64,000 nt of DNA from Nageia nagi. Its lineage: Eukaryota; Plantae; Pinophyta. The notes beneath the pieces were generated by a model, which made no database searches, was not told where the DNA came from, and saw nothing but the letters and a program-made list of their open reading frames with translations. Every line of letters begins with the position of its first letter. Position 1 is the first letter of the stretch. Location of the stretch: positions 43,152,001-43,216,000 of the forward strand of contig JBITNC010000001.1 in the NCBI GenBank assembly GCA_050084985.1. The letters run 5' to 3'. Both the position numbers and the translations under genes were made by a program. Of the stretch, positions 1 through 15,061 are shown piece by piece.

Positions 1-3000
1 GCAACCAAGATAAACTTGTGCCCCTCACTATATGGAGTATTAATAATACCCATGAAATCCAAAGCCCACATTGAGAATGGCCATAGTGATGTAACATAGT
101 TCAACTCTTAATTAGGTGTTAATTTTATGTGTGCATGCTTTTGACATTGCTCACACTTCTTGACATGCTCACAACAATCATGTTCCATGGTGGGCCACTA
201 ATAACCCCTCCTAATTAACTTGGCATAAACTTATCTTCCATTGAAATGACTTCCACATGCCCCTCCATGAGCATGCTCTAATGCTGTTTCGATCTCCTCA
301 TCATGAAGACATCTCAAAAGGATACCATTAAATGATCTTTTATAAAGTATATCACCAATAATGACATATTTCATAGCAAGCCTTTTAATTCTAATTAGTT
401 CTTTCTTATGAGTGTAACATTAATAAAGTTATCTCTCAAATATTTGAATATGTGTTGGTACCAAGGACTTACCTCATAACCAACATTTTTAGCAACATAA
501 ACCATTTTCAGGTTCTTAGCAATTGATGGAGTTCCCAAGTTCTTAATAGTGAAAGTAATCTCCCTACCTTCTATCTCAATTGGTATAGGTGAAGCTACAC
601 TTGCCATTGCATCTACCAATCTATTATTATTCCTTGGAATGTTTTCTAATTGATACTCTTCAAAGCAAGTAAGGAATTTTGCAATAAGGACTTTATATGG
701 AATAAGTTTTTCATCCTTGGTGTTGTAGATCTCATTGACTTTATTCACTATTAGTTGTGAATTTTCATAAATATGCAAATGCATAACACCAATCTCTATA
801 GCTACTTTCAATCCTAATATGAGAGCTTCATATTATACTATATTGTTAGTACATTCAAATGATAGTTTGTATGACATAGGAATAACATCATTCTAAGGTG
901 ATATCAATGCTATTCCTGCTCCTAACCCTTGCATACACTATGATCCATTGAAATACATTTTCTAAAGTTTTGAAGCCTTTGAAAAAGGAACATCAATGAT
1001 CTTGTTATTTTCAAAATAAGACTACAGGTGGTCCTCTTTTGTACATTTTGTAATTTTTGCCAAAGCACATACATCCTAAAATTCTTCTTTGAGTTTTGTA
1101 CTATCTTTTATGGAAAACTTTACAACAAAATCTATAACTACCTACCCTTTAATTGATTTTTGTTTCACAAACTTGAGATCAAACTCTTAAATAGCATGAT
1201 CCATTTTGCTAACCTTCCATTGAGGCATGGTTTTAACATCAGATATGTTAATGGGTCTATATGAGTAAGTACATGTGTTGTGCTATTGATCATATAATGC
1301 ATCAACCTCTTAATAGAAACACTATACATTGACATAATTTCTCAATCGGTGTGTACTTGGTTTCATATTCTTTCAATGTTTTGCTAATAAAGTAGACTGC
1401 TCTTTCTTTATTATCTTCTTCCTTCTTTGCCAACATTACCCCAAATGCATGTTCTATAGCTGAGACATAGAGCCAAAGGTGTTCTCAATTCCTATATGGA
1501 GATAAGACTGGTGGATGTAGCAAATACTCTTTTATTTTATCAAACACTTCTTGACACTTAACATCCCATTTTAACTCAACTTCTTTCTTAAGTAAATGAG
1601 ACATAGGAGCTATATTATTTATTAATTGATAAATAAATCTTCTAATAGCTTGAATCTTACCTTGAAGGCTTCTCAATTGCTTGAGATTTGTAGGAAAAGA
1701 CATTTCTATGATAGCCTTAATCTTCTTTGGATCCACTTCAACCCCTCTCCTAGAGATAATGTGCCCCAAGAGTTTTCCTGATGATACCCCAAATACACAT
1801 TTTTGAGGCTTGATTCTTAACTTATACTACTTCATTATTTCAAATGCTATTTTTACATCCTTAACATGGTCTTCTTTATTCTTTGATTTTATTAAGATAT
1901 CATATACATAGACCTTTACAATTTTATGAATGAAGTCATGAAATATGGTTATCATTGCTCTTTGATATGTGGTCCCTGCATTCTTAAGATCAAATGGCAT
2001 TACTTTGTAGCAAAAGTTACCCCAAGGAGTTCTAAAGGCTATTTTATGCTAATCATTTTTCTTGATTTTGATTTGATTATATCCTAAAAATCCATCCATA
2101 AATGATAACATCTCATAACCTACCAAACTATCAATGATCATATCTATGCTGGATAGTGGGAAGTCATCTTTTGAACATGCTTTATTGAGATCTTTGAAAT
2201 CCATACATACTCTAATTTCACTTGTAGGATTTTTTTACTAGAACTACATTGGCCATCCATTCTGAATAATCAATGGGCCTAATAAAGCTAACTTCTAATA
2301 GTTTCTCAATTTCATTTTTGACTAGTAAAGAAACTTAAAAAGGTATTTTTCTTAGTTTTTGCTTTACAAGAATGGCTCCTTTCTCAACAACCAAGTTATG
2401 TACCACAAAATTTTTATCTAATCTAGGAATATCTTTATATTACTATGCAAATAATTTAGAATAATCATGAAAGGATTGAATCAACTCATTTTGCAAAGGT
2501 TCCTCAAGGAGCTTACTCTTTTTTAAGAGTTACATTAGAACCAATGTTAACCTCCTTTATCTCTTCATTCAACCAAGTTATCTCTAATTTTGATGGTGTG
2601 AGAAATTGTAACTCTCCCAACCCTTCAATTTTATCTTCCATAGATTCAACAAAGCAAGCATGTACATCTAGACAAATGTTTATGAGTCCTCTTTTCATGC
2701 CTAGCTGGATATTTAATTCTAGCATCCATATATTCTAAGAAAGCATCATAATTATCAAATAAGTCTATATCATGTATTGCATCTTCATCATCTATTTCAC
2801 ATTAAATAACAAAACAATTTTGATCATCTCTTCCCATTCATCTTCTTGCATTAATAACGGATAACTAACCTGACCATTGTGACCATCTCCACGATATGGA
2901 ATGATGCAACATTTATTTTCCTTTGTGATTTACTCTAAAGAGGATCATCAATGATCTTTATGGAGCCTAGAGGAAGCATGAGTGATCCTTTTCTTTAGCC

Positions 3001-4830
3001 TCCTACCATCTATCCAAGCCTCTCTTTGGATTGATGTTATTAACATTTGTGATGGTGTATGAACAAAACCCAATATCTTTAATGTTAATTCTTTGTAATG
3101 CTTTTATATAGATCTGATCATTCTTAGCTAGGATAGCCTCATATTTTACATCATATAGAACAAACCTCTCAAGTAGAACATAATTACACTACTTAGCTAT
3201 CTACTCATCTGCTTTTACCTTGTAAACATTTCCTTCAGAACAAAATTTGAAACATCTATGCAAAGTGGATGCTACTCCTTCTATGTCATTTATCCAAGGT
3301 ATTCTAAGAATGAAATTAAAATAAGGTTTTCCATTTGTAATTTACAAGAGGGTCTGAAGTACCTTATTTCATACTTTGATTGGAAGTGTAATGATTATTG
3401 CACATTTCTTTGGAACACCATCAAACCCCTTAACTCTCATGGTAGTCTCTTCTCTTAGAGGTAATAAATCTAGATCAAACTATGAAAGTAAGTAAGTGGT
3501 GGTAATATTCAAAGCTACCCCACCATCTATCAATGATCTCTTAACTGTATTACCAAAGATATTCACTTTAATAAATAATGGTGGATGTAACCAAGTTACA
3601 TCCTTGCTAGGCCTTTCACTAGGGTGAAAAGTGATAACATCTCCTTTACTCCAAATTTTTACCTTTTCTATAAAATTAGTATTGAGATGTTCTTATTTAT
3701 CTAACTATTCTTGAAAATTTGATTCATCATTTCTCTATGAGGTTCTGAAATTTGAAGTAATTCAAACAAACTAACCTTGGCTTATGTATTCTTAAGTCAC
3801 TCAATGAGGTCAAAACTTCTCAAGTCTTCAGGAGCTCTTTTTTCACATGTGATTAGATCTATTACTACTCTTGATCTTCCTCTTGTAAGTGCTACACATA
3901 CTTATTCATGAAAAATTACATTAATATGTTGCTCTTCCCCTATATCTTTAACTTCAGTAGGACACACAAAATCCATCCTCTATGAGCTTTTGTATTTTGT
4001 TTCTTAGGCATCCACATCCATCAGTGGCATGCCCCTTGGTTTGATGATATTCATAGTGTCTATCTTCCTTGTACCATGTTGGCCTCTTTGCTAACTCATC
4101 TTCCTCTTGCTTAGGTAAAGGTTGTAATAGTACTTTTACCATTAGATCTTTCAAGATAAACCTGGGAGTTATAGGAAACTTTATGAATTTCCTTTTTTTC
4201 TTTTCATTTTCTTTTTCTACTACATGAATGAATTTATCTTTCTTTGGTGATTATGGCTGCTTATCCTTGGCCCTGGGCTTGTCATCATCTCGATACTTCA
4301 TAAGCCCTAATTTCACAAGGAATTTTTCTTTTTCCAATAGCTTATATGTCATATTAGAAAATGCTAGATGTGTATAATCAATTATATAATATTGTAAGGA
4401 TAATATGATAGCATCCTTGAAGATATTGTTTACCTCTTTTTTTGTGAGCTTAGTTTTGATTTGTTGCAATGTGTTCATGGATTGCATGATAAACTTTTCA
4501 AGATTTTCATTACTACCTTGTCTCATAGCACATATATCTAAAACCATGACTTCATTCTTGATGTTATGCTTATACTATTCCAAAAACAAGTTGCTTAATT
4601 CTTAAAATGATGTAACTAACTTTTCAGGTAGAGAATAGAACCATTCACGAGCCTCTCCTTCCAAACTATGAGGAAAGAACTTCACCTGTAATCTTGAATC
4701 CATACTAATTTTTAACTCACACTCATCTTCAAACCCTTATAAATATCTTCTGAGATCTCCCTCCCCACTGAACTTATAGAACTTGGGATCTTTATAATCC
4801 AATGGTGGCATGCATAAATTGATCTCATTA
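1..4830 (-). mobile_element. Degenerate Ty3/Gypsy gag-pol, Tat/Ogre-type (gag-PR-RT-RH-aRH-INT), running off the left edge
   Basis: Minus-strand remnants: gag ~3950-4830 (knuckle-like HQTKGHATDGC), protease LIDGGVALNI ~3510-3540, RT with decayed YVDD (VYVYDILI ~1890-1915) and MGHIISRRGVEVDPKKIKAI, second RNase H 395-960 (SQLIVNKV..IPRNNNRLVDAMA), integrase HHCC ~140-270 and WPFSMWALDFMG ~50-85. Many stops and frameshifts. Confidence 0.92.
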
Positions 4831-5154
4831 CATAGAGGGCTATCGAACTCAATCAAATCACTTGGTTGAGTTGATCCTCTTGCTAATTGGTTAATCTATC
4901 TTTTCATACTCTCAATAGTAGTTTGAATGTGATCATTATTACTTCCATCACCATGGTCATCTCCTTCATTAGATGCTTCTAGTCCATCATGTTGAATATC
5001 TCCTAAGAACTCATCAAGATCTCTTTTTGAAAGACTTTGCAAGAATACTCTTAATTAATCCATATCTAAAACAACTCACCAAATCACTTATTAGTCCTAA
5101 CTAAAACCCTAAGGTTTTAGCACAACTACTTATGATTCATGTTGAGTTCACCAA

Positions 5155-5904
5155 ATTATTTATAAATAAAATGTATTCGAGAATGCAAATAAATGAATAC
5201 CTACAATCTCGAAGGATATTTGTAAATTCTTAGCTAATGGATAGCAATTTATAACAAGAAAAGCTGATATAGAAGATAATGAATAACTAGAATCAAAATG
5301 ACATCACCAGACAAGATTGAGTTTGTATACTTACCTCATGAAATGTACCTGATATCAATAAATGGAAGATAGCAATGAAGCCCTCAACAACCAATAGAGT
5401 TTGCACTCGAAGTCATGGAACAAGATGATCCAAAGAGAGGGTTGCAGGTGGTTTATTGCATGCTTAAAAGGAGCATTGATGGTCTTTTGTTAAATTCAAG
5501 TCCATTTCAAACCAACTTTGTGCCTCCACATGGACTCTTGATGATCTTAGTTTGATACTTAGATAAGCTAACAATCATCAAGATGCTCTCATAAGGAAGT
5601 ACACAAATTTAGCCTTGAATGATGATGTTAAGGGACACCTAAAAGACTACCATCATCAAAACTGATATGGAATCATGTATCTCCTTGATGTGAACTTACT
5701 ATTAAATTTATATTTATATAGATAATAATATGACCTACTCCTTAGGTCGATGTGTATCTACATAAACAAGAATATAGTAAGTCGATGATATATATTAACC
5801 ATATCCAAGATAACATTAATATTCATGAACTAGGTGTGTATAAGTGTGGGTACATATTTTCTAATGTATTAATTTAAATGCATAAATCAATTTTATATGA
5901 TAAC
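5155..5904 (-). mobile_element. Probable 5' LTR of the Tat/Ogre element
   Basis: Minus strand begins TGTTATCA at 5904, exactly where the Copia coding sequence is cut. A PBS-like TGGTGAAC follows at ~5146-5153. The partner LTR is outside the window, so this is unconfirmed. Confidence 0.5.
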
Positions 5905-7096
5905 ACTTATTCTTTTTAAAACATAGGTGGTTAGTGCATCTAGAGTTAACAATTCATTTAGTCAAGAAAGTGCGAGTAATAGAGTAAAGATTAGAAATAA
6001 AACCAACTTTAATATTCTTCTTCCCTTTGAAGTTCTTCATATTTTCATTTCCCTTGTTCTTTTCTTCTCTTTTCTATTTATAGCAATCAAATTATTTATG
6101 ACCATAGCCACCACAAAATTTATAATTACCATCAAATTTTTCTTTGGGATTTGGTTTGTTTTCCTTACCCTTTTCATCTCTTTGCTTGTAGTTGTTGTTG
6201 TTTCTCTTCTTTTCAAACTTCTTGGAGGTAATAGGAAAATATTTCTTTTGATGCTTGAAATTATTCTTCAAAAGAGTTTTAGTTTCTCCTAGAGCAATGT
6301 TATTATCCTTTGGAGAAGATATCAACACCTTTTTATTAAGATTTTTCTCATGCTTTAGAAGGAGCCTTGAAAGATTCTTGAGAAAGAATACTTCATCTTT
6401 ATCATCAAGCCTAGTTTTAATAATTATTATAAAGTTACTAAATTTTAAAGAATGATGAAGACCATAAACTCATCATTAATCCAATTATTGATATTATTCA
6501 AATAGATGGTAACATTTTCATCTTCCCTTTTATGAGATGCAAGCAACTTTTGGAGAAAGGTTAATCTTCTTGAAAGTTTGGATCTTGGATAGATTTTCTT
6601 GAGTCTATCCTAAGCTTCATATATAGAGGTTGATGAGGAGATCATAAGCACTTCATATAACATTCAACAAAAAATTATAGAGGTTGGAAACTCATTACTT
6701 TGTGTTGTAAGCCTCAAGTACCTTCTCATTTATAGGAACAACTAGGTTCTCATTAACTGTATGCCATAGTTTCTACTTGTAATTCATATTTCATCCGAGG
6801 TTTCCAAATACCATAATTGGAACCATCAAGAATGTGCTTGGGTAAGAAGGTGTCTTCCATTTTCTACATAAGAAGGTGAAAGTGTTAACCAATGTAAGCA
6901 TGTCAAATTAATTAACTATATATATTTGTTACATATTTATATTTGTTCAAATTAATTAACCATACATGATAAATTTGATTAAAAAAAGGCATGCTTAACT
7001 TGTTTAACAAAATTCACATGGTAAATATTTACCATAATATTTTCCATACATCCAACGTTTTGTCATAACCAAGTACCATAGTTGTAGAGAGGGATA

Positions 7097-7600
7097 TGAA
7101 GGGATTGAACCTTAAAGAACTCAATCCTATACTACCAAGATCTCTTGAAATCTCACTCAAATATCAATTTACTCAAAACATATCAATCTCACAAATTGAC
7201 ACAAGATATAAAATGATTCCTCCAACTAGGACTACATCCACTATTTAAGATCTTTCTTACTTCACAAAGATAACTCTCTTATAATACTTATATTTTCATC
7301 TCCTAATCACTATCCTAGAGTATAACTTTGCTTCACAAATTGGTGAGTGATCTCAAAGAGGGGACCTTTTATTTATAGGGCAAAAATCCCCCTTTAGATC
7401 TCCCTTTTAAATATTATAAAAAAGCATGACATGCTTCACCCTTTTACCCAAGGGGTATGCTCATGAGATGGAGTGTAGAACAAGTTACATTATCATATTC
7501 ACTTAAATACTTAAGGTATCTAATGATACCATTAAGTATTAGTGAATTTACAAAGAGAAACATTACAAAACCTTAAAATAATGCATTATACCTTACAACA
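7097..7600 (-). repeat. 3' LTR of Copia B
   Basis: TG...CA ends; colinear with 15062-15564 (9 substitutions counted by eye in the first ~125 nt). Confidence 0.92.
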
Positions 7601-8254
7601 CTCCCTCTTAATGCAATATTGGAATAGAGTGAAGAAAGAGAGAGTAAGAGAGATCTCCTCCATACAGATACAATTAGAGATGAGAATTTTTACATCTTTA
7701 TGAAGTAAGGAAGATATTATTTTGAGGCTCACTACTTTATCATTCTAATAAATGGTTTACAATACAATATTAACCATAACTAGTTTCAATGTACATAAAG
7801 TAGTCACCCAATTGAAAGTTGACATGATGAGTCTCTATGAGCTTGCACACCTAAAGTAAGTAACTTGCAAGCTATAAGCAGTTTCAATAACAAGATCAAG
7901 TAGATGCAACATATAGACATTCATATCAACAAGGATAAATGAATCAAATAATACCATCAAAAATTGATCAATGGTACACTATAAGTCATCACAAAGATGC
8001 CAAGCCAATACTCATAGTCATGACTATATACAAAATATGTGTTGATTATTATCACAAAATAGAGCATAACAAAATTGACATACGAGTTCCTCACACATGG
8101 ATAACTAAACAATGGTAAAAAATACATACAAGTTCCTCATGCAAAGCAAACTTACCATGAAGGTGTATAATAAAATCAACATTTATATAGCAAAAAATCC
8201 TCCTTAGGGTGAAGTTATCATCATAAACATGAATTTATCATAAGAATTCAAACT

Positions 8255-11200
8255 TCACTCCCCCTTGAGGTTGAGTAACTTCACCAACTTGATAATATCC
8301 CCAATCTTACTAAACTAAGCTTCAGTAAGGGGCTTAGTGAACAAATCAACGAAGTTCAAGGTGGATGGATAATACTCCAAGTGTATTATGCCATTAAGAA
8401 CCTTGTACTTGATGAAATAGGCTTGATTTCTACATGATTTGTTATTTGATGGAACATAAAATTCTTAGCCAAAGAAATAGCTGATATATTATCTAAAGAA
8501 ATTAGAGATGGGTCAGCTTGCTTATATTCAATTTCTTTCAAAAAAATCCTAAGCCAAATAGCTTCCTAAGCTACAATAGACATGGCTCGATATTCAAATT
8601 TTGTGGTGGAGAGAGAAATAATAGGTTGCTTCTTGAAAGCTCAAGAGATAGCACCTAAACCAATGCTAAACACATATACAGAAGTGATTTCTTATCATCT
8701 TTATCTCCTCCATAGTCAAAATCTTAGAACCTTGAGAGAATAAACAAGGCAACTTAGAATATTTGAAAGTGAGATCCTTTATCCCTACAACATACATCAA
8801 GATTTTCTTTAATAGCATTAAAATGCTTAACATATGGTTTCTACATGAATCATGCCATCAAATTCACTGCAAAGGTAATATCTAGCTTAGAAATAGTTAA
8901 ATAAAGAAGACTACCAATTATTTATCTATAAGTTGTAGTATTTGCCAACTAAGAGTTAGAGCTAAGGGAAATAGTGATTCCAAGAGAGACTAAGATCGTA
9001 ACATGTATACACTCTTCCATTCCAAACTTTTGCAAAATATCTGATATATACTTGGATTGAATAAGATAAGTACAATCCTTATATTGGTATACTTACGTTC
9101 CAAGGTAGTAGTGCAAGAGACCAAGATCAATCATTTCAAATGTTATATAAAGTTTGGATATGCACTCTTGAATTATTTTATCATTGTTCTTAGTAATTAA
9201 AAGATCATCCACATAAAAGAGAATCAAGACCACATCTTTTCCTTAATTAACCACATATAAATCGAAGTTAGAAAAGAACTTGAAGAATCTAATGTATGCA
9301 AAGTGTCTTGAAATCTTCTTATACTAGGCTCTAGGTGCTTGCTTAAGTCCATACAAAGACTTCTTAGCTTGTACATAAATGACTCTTTACCTTCCATAAT
9401 AAACCCTTCTTGTTGATTCATGTAGATTTCCACATCTAAGTCACTATTGATAAATGCATTCTTAATGTCAAGTTGAAAAACTTTCCATCCTTGATCTACT
9501 AAAGGAGCAAGGATTATTCTAATAATAGGCATCTTTACCATGGGAGCAAAGGTTTCCTCATAATCCACTCTATATTTTTGAGCAAAAGCTTTGGTCATTA
9601 TCCTTGCCTTTATTTTTCAATATCCCCAAATAAATTGAACTTGACCTTATAGATCCACTTATTTTGAATCACATTCTTCTCATTAGGATAAGGAACCAAG
9701 TTCTAGGTTTTATTTTTCATAAACATCTCATACTCTACTTTCATGGCTTCCATCCAACAATCAAGATTTGGAGATTCTTTGAATGATGATATTGTTATCA
9801 ACTTTGGTAAATAAAGATTTATTCAAGGTCATACTCCTTGTTATCCTTTATGTTGGAGAATTTTGCTCCTAGGGTGACTTGTCTACATCAATATCCAATT
9901 AGTTAGGTATAATTGATGAGTCATCTAGATTATCAATGTCCTCATTAGAAGTAGATTTCATAGGAAGTTCATTAAAATTTATATTCTTTGATATGAACAC
10001 TACTTTTTAGGATGGAGAATAGAGATTGTAGCCTTTATGCTAACTATCATAACCAACAAAGATGATTTTTTTAGCTCTTTTATCTAACTTTTCTTTTTCT
10101 TAAAAATAATGTATGATAATGCTTCACAACCAAACACCCTAAGGTGAGAAATGTTAGGTTTTATTTTTATCCATACCTCAAAAGGAGTTTTACTCCCAAT
10201 GACTTTTGTGGGACACCTATTCAAGGTGTAAATTGTAGTGCTCATAACTTCATTCCATAAGAAATAAGGAAGATTTTCCAACATACATCTAGCTATATCT
10301 ATAATTATTCTATTTTTCTTTTCACAACATTATTTTGTTGAGGAGTGTAAGGAATCGTAAATTATGTCTTAATTATAAATTTAGCATAAAAAATATTAAA
10401 CTCATTGTTGTTATATTCTCTTCCATTATTTAATCTCAACATCTTGATTTTAAGGTTAGTCTTATTTTAACAAAGGCCTTGAAATTTTTAAAACTCTCAA
10501 AGGTTTGATCTTTGTGCTCAAGTAGATAACCAAATGTCATCCTACTAAATTTTTTGATGAAGGTTAATATATAAGATGCTCCTCCAAGTGACTTAGTCTG
10601 AAATGAACCCATCAAATCTAAATACACAAGATGAAGATGTTGAGATACCCTTATTGCCTTATCTTTTTCATACTTTTATCTATTCATCTTGCCTAAGATG
10701 CATTTTTCATATAAACCAATTAAAGGTGAAATAAAAGGCAAACCTTACACAAGTTATTGATCTTTTATGACTTGAATACTATTGTGGTTAAGGTGCTCTA
10801 AACATCGATGCCAAAGATTATCTCTAGAACACATATTTGTAGCAAGACACATCTTTGTTGGAATTTGATCATAATGTAGAGATCATCTTTCACTGATACT
10901 TTAACTAACATGGTAAGTCCCTTCTTAATGCACCAAGAGTGTTGAGTCAAACTCAAATGAGTACCTTTTTTCTTACAACTTTAATCATGGAGAGAAGGTT
11001 CATCTTGATCTTAAGAACATAGAGCATATTTTCAAGAACCTTCCTATGAATCATCATACTTCCAATTTCTTAGACTTCAAGAATTGAATTATCACCTATC
11101 ACAATTTCATCCTTTTCTATACTTAATTTTTTTTTTCAAACTTATATTTTTCAAAGCATAGGTGATTAGTACATTAAGAGTCAACAATCTAATTAGATGA

Positions 11201-12150
11201 GAAGAAGCAAGTCATGGAGTAGAGCCCAACATTAAGTAAAGCTTTTATATTCTTCTTCCCTTTGAAGTTCTTCACATTTCTATTAGCCTTATTCTTTTTT
11301 TCTCTTTTCTTTTTGTAGCAATCAATTCTTTATGACCATAGATGCAAATAAAAATTATAATTTCTATCAAACTTTGTTTAAGATTTAATTTTCTTGCTTT
11401 ACCTTTTCCATCTCTTTACTTGAAGTATTTGTTGTTGTTATTGCCTTTCTTCTTATACTTATTGGAAGAACAAGGATAAGATTTCTTTTAATGATTGAAC
11501 TTCTTCTTGAAAGGAGTTTTGGTTGCTCCTAGAGCAAAATTATTCTCTTTTGAAGAAGAAATCAACACCTTTTTGTTAAAAGTTTTCTCATTCTTTAGAA
11601 GGAGCCTTAAAAAGTTCTCAAGTGAGAATACTTCTTCTTCATCATCAAGCTTAGTCTCAATAATAGTTACAAAGTTACTAAACTTTGAAGAAAGGTTTTG
11701 AAGAATTATGAATACCATAAACTCATAATTGATTTAATTACATCTATAAGGAGCAAGTTGGATCTTAAGATTAATGATTTTATTCAAGTATATGGTAACA
11801 TTTTCATCTTTCCCTTAACGAGATTGAAGCAACTTTTGGAGAATAGTGAACCTTCTTGAAAATTTAGATTCAAGGTAGATTTTCTTGAACCTATCCCAAA
11901 CTTCTTTTGTTGAGGTTAATGATAAAATCATAAGGAACACTTCATCTAACACTGCATAAAAAATCATGGAGGTTTCCAACTTATTCTTTGTATTGTATAC
12001 CTCAAGTTCCTTTTCATTTGTAGGAAAAACTACATCCTCATTAACTATGTACCATAACTTCCTTACTTGTAATTCAACATTCATTTGAGATTCTCAAATA
12101 CAAAAGTTGGAACCATCGAGAATGTGCTAGGGTAAGAAGGTGTCTCCCAT
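8255..12150 (-). pseudogene. Copia gag-pol pseudo-ORF of element B
   Basis: Start MGDTFLP..LDGSN at 12150; gag 11815-12084; integrase YLDLMGSFQTKSLGGASY 10436-10627 and HLRVFGC; RT DYEETFAPMVK..FQLDIKNAF 9224-9598; RNase H to ~8270. Interrupted by stops and frameshifts. Confidence 0.92.
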
Positions 12151-15061
12151 TTGCTACACAAGAATGTGAAAGTGTTAACCTTTATAAGCATGTGGTCTAG
12201 ATTAATCAACTTTACATGTTTAGTTTTAAACATCCATACATATTTAAATAAAGTAATCATACATTTTAAATTTGATAAAAGGACATGCTTACATTGTTAA
12301 AAAAGGTTCACATATGCAAAAGTTTACAATAGAAACCCATAATACATCCCATGTATCCAACACTTTTATCATCATCAAGTACCATAAATGTAAAGGGATA
12401 TTGTTGAGGCTCATTTTGTTGTTTAAAATGAGGCTTTCATTTGGATGCTCGCAAGGTGGAGCCTAGGTCCTACCAATCTTCAACCAGTTTGCCTTAGGCA
12501 GTAATATACTCTCACAATGAGGAGTACTAACTATTTTCTAAGGTTGTGACGTATGTTGGATCGACCAAATTATTAATCTTGATTAGGTTTCAAGTTATCC
12601 TTGTAAGTTATTAGGATAATCCCTGAATAGATGTGTAAACATATGGTATCACTACACATATGCTTGTCCACCTATTGGAGTTATGTTAAGACCAATAGAG
12701 TACTTAGGAAAAATTAAGAAAAAGGATTTTCACCATTTGAATTATTGGATTGAAGGCTCTAGTCTACCTTGTCCTCACCTTGTGGCTTCCCAAACAAATA
12801 ATATTGTGGAATCTACATGTAGGTGTGTTCATTTTAGGGGTTGCACATTCAATGTTTATGATTTTTGCATAAATAAATAAAACAAAGATGTGAAATATAA
12901 AGTAAAGTGCATAAAACATCATCCATTAATAATTTGAAACCTAAGAGTCTAATGGGTTTTGTTTACTAACCCTTAAAAGAAATCTTTACATAAGTCCATA
13001 TTTTGCACAACTTTATTTATAACTTTGCATAAAAAAATACTTAGAGAGGCATGAAAGATAAACATGCATCATTTTCACAAGTCTATTTTTGTAGACGAGT
13101 TTTATCAAGGTAAACATTTAAAATCAAAGTAATAGACATGCAAACATGCAATATTTGTATAAGGATCTAAAATTTTTAAGTAAAAAAAAAAAATTATAAA
13201 AAATTCCCCCCCTTTTTTTAACTTAAAAAAGTCTTAAAACAAACATGATCCCTAAATACAAAAGAATAGCATGCTAGTTTAAAGTAATACCTAAGTAAGT
13301 AATTATGAAAAAATTACACCAAGGGAAGAAATTGACCAAGGCAAAGTAAAATTTTAGCTCCAAGCAAAAAATAATTACTCTAAAATATAAATTTCTACTT
13401 AGGAGTTATCTTTCAATGTCAAGTGTAAAAATGACATTTTTAACTTTGATAGTAAGTAAAAAATTATATTTTTCCCATAACAAGAAATGAAAGTGTTAAA
13501 TACTACCTCCTATTTTTAACACTTTAAAGAAGATTAGCTATAGATTCATCACTTTAAACATATTCAAAAACTTAATGCAATTTAACTAAGGAAATTGCTA
13601 AACTTAGCAATTCCAAACCTCTTTTTTATTGCTAAACTTAGAAATTGCTAAAAAGATGTGCCCCCAATTAAAAAGAAGTACACCCCACAACAATAAATTT
13701 AAAATATTAAATGCAAAGTTGGAACCCCATATTCCATGCTAAGCTAATTAATGCTTAGTAAATGATGGCCTAAAAGGATTTATTACAAGCAATAAAAAAG
13801 TGTTAAAGCAAGTAAGGTTTGAGGTGCAAAAGAAAGGTTTGAGCATTTAATGTAAAGCAAAGAGACAGAAAAAGGAGTAAGGTAATAATAAAAAAGGAAC
13901 AACAAAAAATAGATATCATGGATTGAGGTGTAGGGGTGCAGTTTGAAGGAAGTCTAAAGAGAGAGGGAAGGTCGAGCAGTGCATGGAGAGGGTTGAGCAA
14001 TTGAAGGGGTTTATCACATGATGGTGGTGGCATATATCCTCGGCTATGAGGGGTTTGGAGGGGTTTTGTGGGTTTCAAAGCTCCATCTAATCTTTTTGTA
14101 TCTCAAAGGAAGATTCAACCTCATATCATGCATGGCCATCACTCTTAGAGCAAGCTACAGTGCCCACCTCCACTCATAGGTCATAGTAGCCATAGTCCCT
14201 CATGTTCTTAACCCTAACTACTAGCAAATAGAGCACCACCTTTAGAAGAATTTCCAAGATGACAAATTGGTTTTAAAGATTTGCACAACAATTTAGGATT
14301 TGATCACATGATCTAGACCTTACTTCGATGATAGTGCACATTCAAAAGATTAGGAATAGCAGCATTAAGATTGATCTTCCAAAAAAATATTGTAAACGTA
14401 TATTTCATTTTGCATCCCTTATAAAAAAATATGATTATATATTATAGAAATATCATATTTTTAGTTTTAAAAAAATAAATACAATCCTTGTATATATTGT
14501 ACACATCTCCCTCCCTTTTTTTGAGAGAAATACATATATCTTTTATAGAGAAAATGCAACCTTTTATTTTAACATTTCTACAAAGCAATTTATTTTTGAA
14601 TATATATGTATTGTAGGAAAAAAGGTAGCCTCTTTTTTTTCTTTTTTTTAATAAGCAAAAAAATAGCTTTTTAAGGTGAAAAACAAAAAAAATATCTCTT
14701 CCATAAAAGATATAGTATATTTTTTTGGAAAAGAAATGCAATTATTGTATATTATCCTCTTAAATAGAAAATATATCAATGTATTAAGCAATTTTGTAAA
14801 AAAATTGCAACTAATATAACATGTTAGTATAAATAAGAAAAAAATTGCATTATTTGCTATTTTGATCATATTTGGAAAAAAAGAAACTAACACATCTCAC
14901 AAAATATGTTAGTATCCTAAGAAATAGTTCAAAAATAATAAAGAAAGGAAGGATGTTATACCTTCACAATTCGTTTACCTCAAAAATGATGTACATGAAC
15001 CTTTAAGATGAAGATTCTCCAACAATGTGAAGAGGAGCCTCCAAGTTACTCTAATACCAAA

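Noticed and set aside
8253-12395. Inner PPT-like (8257-8266) and PBS-like (~12376-12385) signals suggesting a separate nested element
   Set aside because: The flanking segments are not similar to each other as LTRs would be, and the same leader occurs in element A.
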